64,000 nucleotides of DNA from Vicugna vicugna (lineage: Eukaryota), in NCBI GenBank assembly GCA_013265495.1, contig MU058000.1:1116001-1180000 (forward strand), read 5' to 3'. Within the stretch, counting starts at the first letter, position 1; each line of letters begins with the position of its first letter. Below, piece after piece: positions 60,706 to 64,000 of the stretch. A program made the position numbers and the translations under genes. The notes under the pieces were generated by a model. That model was not told where the DNA came from, made no database searches, and worked only from the letters and a program-made list of their open reading frames with translations.

Positions 60706-63700
60706 ACACCCACTTTTCCTCTGCCTTTCATAGTCTTTCTTCCTTGGTCTTCATCTTTTTATTTTGTGAAATTTTTGTGTTCCTCTCCTGCCATTTCCTT
60801 TAGATACTTTTATTTTCATCTATTATGTTACATCCTTCAGTCCTTGGAATAACACTATATATTATATAGAGTGGTGGTTAGATTAAATCTTAACAATTTA
60901 GACATGGATTTAGCAATAATGACTGATTGTGGCAGTCAATATTGGAAAATCTAAAAATTATCCAGATGGTTTCAAGAAATTCTTTAGAGTTCATTTTTAT
61001 CCTCCTCAAGATGAAAAAACAAAAAAGTATTTGGAGAGTATAAGTAGCTAGAAGAGCTGCATTGAGCTCTGTGGTGGTCACAGGGCAGGAAGTCTATTTG
61101 TCGACGTGTCCTGAGAAGAACAGACAGGAAAACTATCCCTAAGAAATGAATGACAAGGATAGAGAAGAATGACGCAGTCCTTAAATAAAGTCTGAAGACA
61201 TGGGTGAAAATTAATTCCTGGTGGTTAACAGTAAAGTAAATAAATTGCTTTTTTTTTTCACACTTATGGCTTGGAAAATAAAATTTAAATCCTCAAACTC
61301 CCAGTTGCCAAAATGAACAACGGTAATTATAGGAAGCCTGCTACACAATGGTCATTTTAATCACCATGTTTTTGCGTCTGTGATAGAATTAGTTTTTTTT
61401 TTTTAATTTTTTGAAAAATTTGAAGGAGAGGCTTTCCCAGCTGGTTTTAGGTCTTGTATATTCTGAGTATAATTATATCTTCCAAGCAACAATCTCCAGA
61501 ATCCAAGGAAGTAAAGAGGATTAGACAGTGAACATCTTGTATCTCAAAAGAGAATCCAATGACAAGGGTGCAAAAGCCAATTGCAAAGGCCGTTTTCAGC
61601 TACTGAGGCAGTGGAGGAGAAAATAAACTCCGTGTTCCTTTTGTCATTGGCAGGGATGGCTGGCCTTGGTGTAAGTTGTGCCCTCCCATGTGAGTGTTAC
61701 ACTTTCTCCACTCTGGTCCAGTATTAAACCCTAATACTGAACACAATGACACTCTAAGCAGTTATTGAACAGAAGGGTATAGTGTCCTCCACCAAGATTA
61801 CTCATCCTTCACTGGCAACTGGAGTTTTCACTTGGTCTCAGTGTTGTTCTAAACTGTACATAAAGAGCCGCCACTGTCTCAGTCAGGTCATTGACAAGAC
61901 TGTGGAGAGACAGTGAAGGGGCTTACTGTAGTGCAACTCTAGCCGTAAAGGACCAGCTGTAGACCACTTGATTAAGCAGGAGGCCAGTTGCATAGTATAC
62001 CACTCAGGGATGTCCTTTCTGAAGAGTCTGTGAGCGGTTAGAATGGCTGCGGACTCGGGGAGGGGTCATGCTCGCCCTTTGTACTGTGCACCGTGACTGC
62101 AGGCGCTCTTCTGGGGATGCGTCTAGGGCTCTGAGGTAGTGCCCCATGGTAGCAGTTTCTCGACGCCAATTAAGTAGTGCACAGAAAATGATATCCCTAT
62201 ATCTGCTTTATATTTGCTGCCTGCTAATTTGGAGAAGCCTTGGTTCTGATGTGATGGGATAGTGCAATTACAAGTGATTTATGGCTCATTTCTGTACCAT
62301 TTATTGCTTTCTGGCTATGGCAGGATATAGCTTCCACTTGTTAATGAGGACTCCTCTTGCAATGAGGGATAGTAAGATGATAATGCTTTCCGTTTGTCCT
62401 GTGCCTCAGTCGTGGCAGAACAAAAGACCTCACTCAGACCCTCTCATTATCCTCCTCGTGTACTTGCCAGCAAGGGGCAGAGGCTAACAGGCACAGTTTA
62501 CCAGTCATGATTCTACAACAGAGAGGGCAAGTCGCCTGACCACTGTGATCATCAGGACCCTAGGAATCCAGTGCCACATAGATCGCTATTACACCTTCTC
62601 TCTCAAACCTTGGCCCCTTTGCTTTCCACTCCTATTTTCTTCCTTTATGGTAGAAAATGGGCAAAAGCAGAAAGGGAGAGGCAGGGAGTTCTCCTGTTCT
62701 TTGTGTTCCTCCCTTGTTTGAAAAGGAAGAAAATAATTTTCGGAAGCTTCTACTTGATTTTCCTTTGGCCAGAACTACGTCTCACATCCACCCCTACAAT
62801 AGTCACTTTGAAAGGGCTGTAAAATCACTAGGATTTGCTTAAAGCAATTGTGATTCCTTCCCTGGAACTGAGCACATTGCCCCTGGACAAAATTGGGGTT
62901 CTGGTGGCCAGGAGGAATGGGAGGAATGGGAGGAAGCACCCAGAACTTGTGGCCACAGCTGCTTACTAGCCATGGTCTCTTTGAAAAGTCTCTAAGCCTC
63001 CCTTGTCCTCTAGATGACCATAGCTTCCTGCCTGGGGTGCAGGGGCTTCAGGATACCAGATGGCTTTCTCTGAGGTTTGTGCTGGGGAAAAGCAGTGTCC
63101 CACACAAAAGTAGGGAGAGTGAGGTCCATTTTCTAAAGTAGCTTTGTTTATCCATGCCTCCTAAGTTCCCTCACACACACAGCCCCTTCCACAATAGCTG
63201 GAGCTCCTTCCTCTGTGGAGATCGGATCCAGGCCCGGAAGTTGGGGTTGGAAGCAGATGCCTCCGCCTCTCCCACCCAGCCGTCTCTGGCAGGAGACTGT
63301 CCACCTGTCTGAGTTTCATTTCAGGTGCAGTTGTGCATTTTGCTACTTGGAAGTTTCAGTACTAACAAACCAAAACTGAAGTTGAAGCTGTCAATTTTAA
63401 GAGATCAAACTTTAGGATTAACAAGCTAGAGGAATGCTCCCAGAATATTTGATTTGAAGAAGCAAATCATAAGTTGTATGTATTTGAAAAAAAAAATCAG
63501 AATTCCTGTTATTAGATAAGGAGCTTGGAATGTAATTGAGACAGACCACACCAGAAACACTTAGGTCTGGTCAGGTTTATTAGGATGAAATACTTTTATG
63601 ACTTAGGCTGTGTTTCATGTAATGAGAGGAAAATCAGACAGGGAAAATACAGTAGTCAGTGATTCTGGGGATAGTTTTACCGCATAGGAATACTGAGAAT

Positions 63701-64000
63701 CAGAGGATGCCAGCCAGTAGGTTGTGGGGATGCCGAGAGGCAGGTGGAAATCAAGGAAACTAAGCATACAGTACACACTCAGTAAGTGGTTAACTGTCAT
63801 CAAATTTGCCACAAACATGTTTGTTGATAACATGAAGCATTTAGCCTTCAGGGTGAAATAGCCCTGTAGCAGTTACCAGAGCCTGGATCCACTCTCTCCC
63901 TACTATAGATTCTCCCGGGGCCATGGGCCACTCTGCACAGGGATGGTAAATTTGGGAGAATGTTTGACTGCTGAATGCCGCCGTCTGTAGCCTAAGCTCC

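Noticed and set aside
61719..61739. miR-200b/429 gene (TAATACTG seed)
   Set aside because: The stem is only 8 bp with a 5-nt loop, and downstream bases do not match the mature miRNA.

Overview
This is AT-rich, repeat-dense placental mammal DNA, intergenic or deep intronic, with one short N gap. I found no credible protein-coding gene, tRNA or rRNA. The only recognisable protein-like ORFs are LINE-1 ORF2 remnants. The L1 3' UTR types, and the absence of Alu, Bov-tA/BovB, PRE-1 and Can-SINE, suggest a cetartiodactyl, plausibly a camelid (inference from recall). The window holds ancient repeats (L2, MIR, L3/CR1, MER DNA transposons, MLT1/MLT2, MER21/MER34/MER67/MER74/LTR16-like LTRs) and younger insertions with readable target-site duplications (TSDs). 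The most notable items are a young 592-bp ERV2-type solo LTR with a 64-bp repeat that triplicates its terminus, and a CpG-rich LTR with a 33-bp repeat of promoter-like motifs inside a MER3. Also notable are an inverted twin-primed L1, two probable L1 3' transductions, a triple-nested LTR cluster, and repeat-free tracts rich in homeodomain sites or hairpins. I see no evidence for a new multi-gene system. Family names are from recall of consensus sequences and need Dfam/RepeatMasker confirmation.
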